DNA from: Felis catus
Taxonomy: Eukaryota
Direction of reading: 5' to 3'
Assembly: GCF_018350175.1 (NCBI RefSeq)
Contig: NC_058368.1
Span: forward strand, 47,866,001 to 47,930,000
DNA: 64,000 nt
A program made the translations under genes and the position numbers. Positions 61,743 to 64,000 of this stretch are shown piece after piece. Position 1 is the stretch's first letter, and the number at the start of each line of letters is the position of its first letter. The notes beneath the pieces are model-generated. The model was not told where the DNA came from, made no database searches, and saw only the letters and a program-made list of their open reading frames with translations.

Positions 61743-63046
61743 TAGACAAAGATACTATAAGAAAAGAAACTACAAACCCGTATTGATACAAACATTCTCA
61801 ACAAAACATTTAAAAACCAAATTCAACAGCACCTTAAAAGAATTATACAATGACCAAGTAGGATTTATCCCTGGGATGCAAGGGTGGTTCAACATACAAA
61901 ACCTAATCAATGTGATAAATCATATGAACAGAACGAAAGACAAAATCACATGATTATCTCAAATGATGCAAAAAGCAATTGACAAAATTCAATGTGTTTT
62001 CATGATAAAAATGCTCAACAAACTAGGAATGGGAGAAAATTACCCCAACATATCATGTTAATAACCTTAGCATAATATGATGTTAACATTATTTTCTTTT
62101 TTTTAAAATTTTTTTTAACATTTATTCATTTTAGAGACAGAGAGAGACAGAGCATGAATGGGGGAAGGTCAGAGAGAGAGGGAGACACAGACTCTGAAAC
62201 AGGCTCCAGGCTCTGAGCTATCAGCACAGAGCCTGATGTGGGGCTCGAACTCATGGACCGTGAGATCATGACCTGAGCCGAAGTCGGTTGCCCAACTGAC
62301 TGAGCCACCCAGGTGCCCCAACATTATTTTCAATGGTGAGTAACTGAAAGCTTTTCCTCTGAGATCAGGAACTAGACAAAGATTACTATTCTCTCAATTT
62401 TATTCAACATAGTATTGGAAACTTAGCCATTACAGTTAGGCAAGAAAAAAAGAAAAAAAGTGGCATCCAAGTTGAAAAGGAAGAAGTAAAATTGTTTCCT
62501 TCACAGATGACATTTCTTACACATAGAAAACTCTAAAGGTTCCACAAAGAAACTGTTAGAACTAAGAAATGAATCAGCAGAATTGTAGAATACAAAATCA
62601 ATGCTCAAAAATCAGTTGTATTTTTATACAAAACCAATAAACAATTCAAAAAGGAAATTAAGAATACAATTTAATTTATGATAGCATCAGAAAAAATACT
62701 CAGGAACAAACTTACTCAAGGAAGCAAAAGACTTGTACACTGAAATCTTCAAAACATTACTGAAAGAAATGAAAGAAGACACAAATAAGTGGAAAGACAT
62801 CCCATGTTTATGGATTGGAAGAATTAACATTGTTGACATGTCTGTACTACCCAAAGCAATCTACAGATCCAATGCAATCCCTATCAAAATACCAATGGAG
62901 TTTTTTGCAGAATAGAAAATTATCTGAAATTTAAAATCACAAAAGACTGGGAATATCCAAACAATCTTGAGACAGAACAGAGCTGGAGGCCTCACATTTC
63001 TTGATTTTAAAACACATGACAAAGCTACAGTAAACAAAACAGTATG
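61743..63046 (+). mobile_element. Older L1 ORF2 (RT region) relic
   Basis: Peptides NDQVGFIPGMQGWFNI and [43 protein letters not shown]; many frameshifts. Confidence 0.9.
62096..62319 (-). mobile_element. Can-SINE nested in L1
   Basis: TSD aacattatttt. Confidence 0.94.
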
Positions 63047-63245
63047 GGGGCACCTGTGTGGCTCAGTTGATTAATTGTCTGACTTTGGCTCAGGTCATGA
63101 TCTCATAGTTCATGACTTTGGGCCCCCCCATTGGGCTCTCTGCTGTCAGCACAGAGCCCTCTTCAGATCTTCTGTCCCCTCCCTCTCTGCCCCTCCCCTG
63201 CTCTCACTCTCTCTCTCTCTCAAAAATAAACAAACATTAAAAAGC
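63046..63245 (+). mobile_element. Can-SINE at the L1/L1 junction
   Basis: Head ggggcacctgtgtggctcag; approximate TSD aaaa(c)agtatg. Confidence 0.9.
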
Positions 63246-63252
63246 AAAAAGT

Positions 63253-64000
63253 ATGTGAGGCAGGAAACCATCAAAATCCTGCAGGAGAAAACAAACAGCA
63301 TCCTCTTTGACCTTGGGCTCAGAAACTTCTTACTTGACATGTCTCCAAAGGCAAGGGAAATAAAAGCAAAAATGAACTATGGGCCTTCTCAAGACAAAAA
63401 GCTTCTGCATAACAAAGGAAACAATCAATAAAACTGAAAGGCAACTGATGGAATGGGAGAAGATGTTTGCAAATGATGTATCAGATAAAGGGTTAGTATC
63501 CAAAATCTATAAAGAATTTACCAAACCCAACACCTAAAAAACAAATAATCTGGTGAAGAAATGGGCAGAAGACATGAATAGACAATTCTCTAAAGAAGAT
63601 ATCTGTATGGCAAACAGACACATGAAAAGATGCTCAACATCACTCATCATCAGGGAAATATAATCAAAACCACAATGAGATACCACCTCACACTGGTCAA
63701 AGTGGCTAAAATTAACAACTCAGGAAACAGCAGGTGCTGGCGAGGATGTGGAGAAAGGGGAACCTTCTTGCCCTGTTGGTAGGAATGCAAACTGGTGCAG
63801 CCACTCTGGAAAACAGTGTGGAGGTTCCTCAAAAAATTAAGAATAGAATTATCTTACAATCCAGCAATTGCACTGCTAGGAATTTATCCAAAGGGTACAG
63901 GAGTGCTGATTTGAAGGGGCACATGCACCCCAATGTTTGTAGTGGTACTATCAACAATAGCCAAAGTATGGAAAAAGCCTAATGTCCACCAACTGATGAA
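63253..64000 (+). mobile_element. Carnivore L1 ORF2 C-terminal region, runs off the window edge
   Basis: VRQETIKILQEK...LLDMSPKAREIKAKMNY; highly similar to the reverse complement of 22680-23660. Confidence 0.93.

Overview
Mammalian non-coding DNA from a feliform carnivore, most likely a felid: it carries about 25 tRNA-derived Can-SINEs with the SINEC_Fc-type body. I can support no intact protein-coding gene. The longer ORFs come from simple repeats, SINEs, broken L1 ORF2 or chance. Much of the window is interspersed repeat: young Can-SINEs with target-site duplications (TSDs), 5'-truncated carnivore L1s, older L1M/L2/L3/MIR relics, MaLR (MLT1) LTRs including an LTR-internal-LTR remnant, DNA transposon fossils (Tigger2-like, MER5A, MER20, MER33) and two ERV1-type solo LTRs. 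The main items worth follow-up are a young gammaretroviral-type solo LTR with a duplicated CCAAT enhancer and intact TATA (47065-47554), a 3'-truncated U6 retrocopy (5204-5238), a diverged ~100 bp local duplication (5589/7029), a small CpG-rich patch beside a motif-rich repeat-poor block (~54900-56410), composite nuclear-receptor sites, and minus-strand candidate exons including an AG|GTAAGA site. Repeat family names are from memory of consensus sequences, and boundaries of old repeats are approximate. I found no convincing new biological system; the regulatory and exon ideas are hypotheses.
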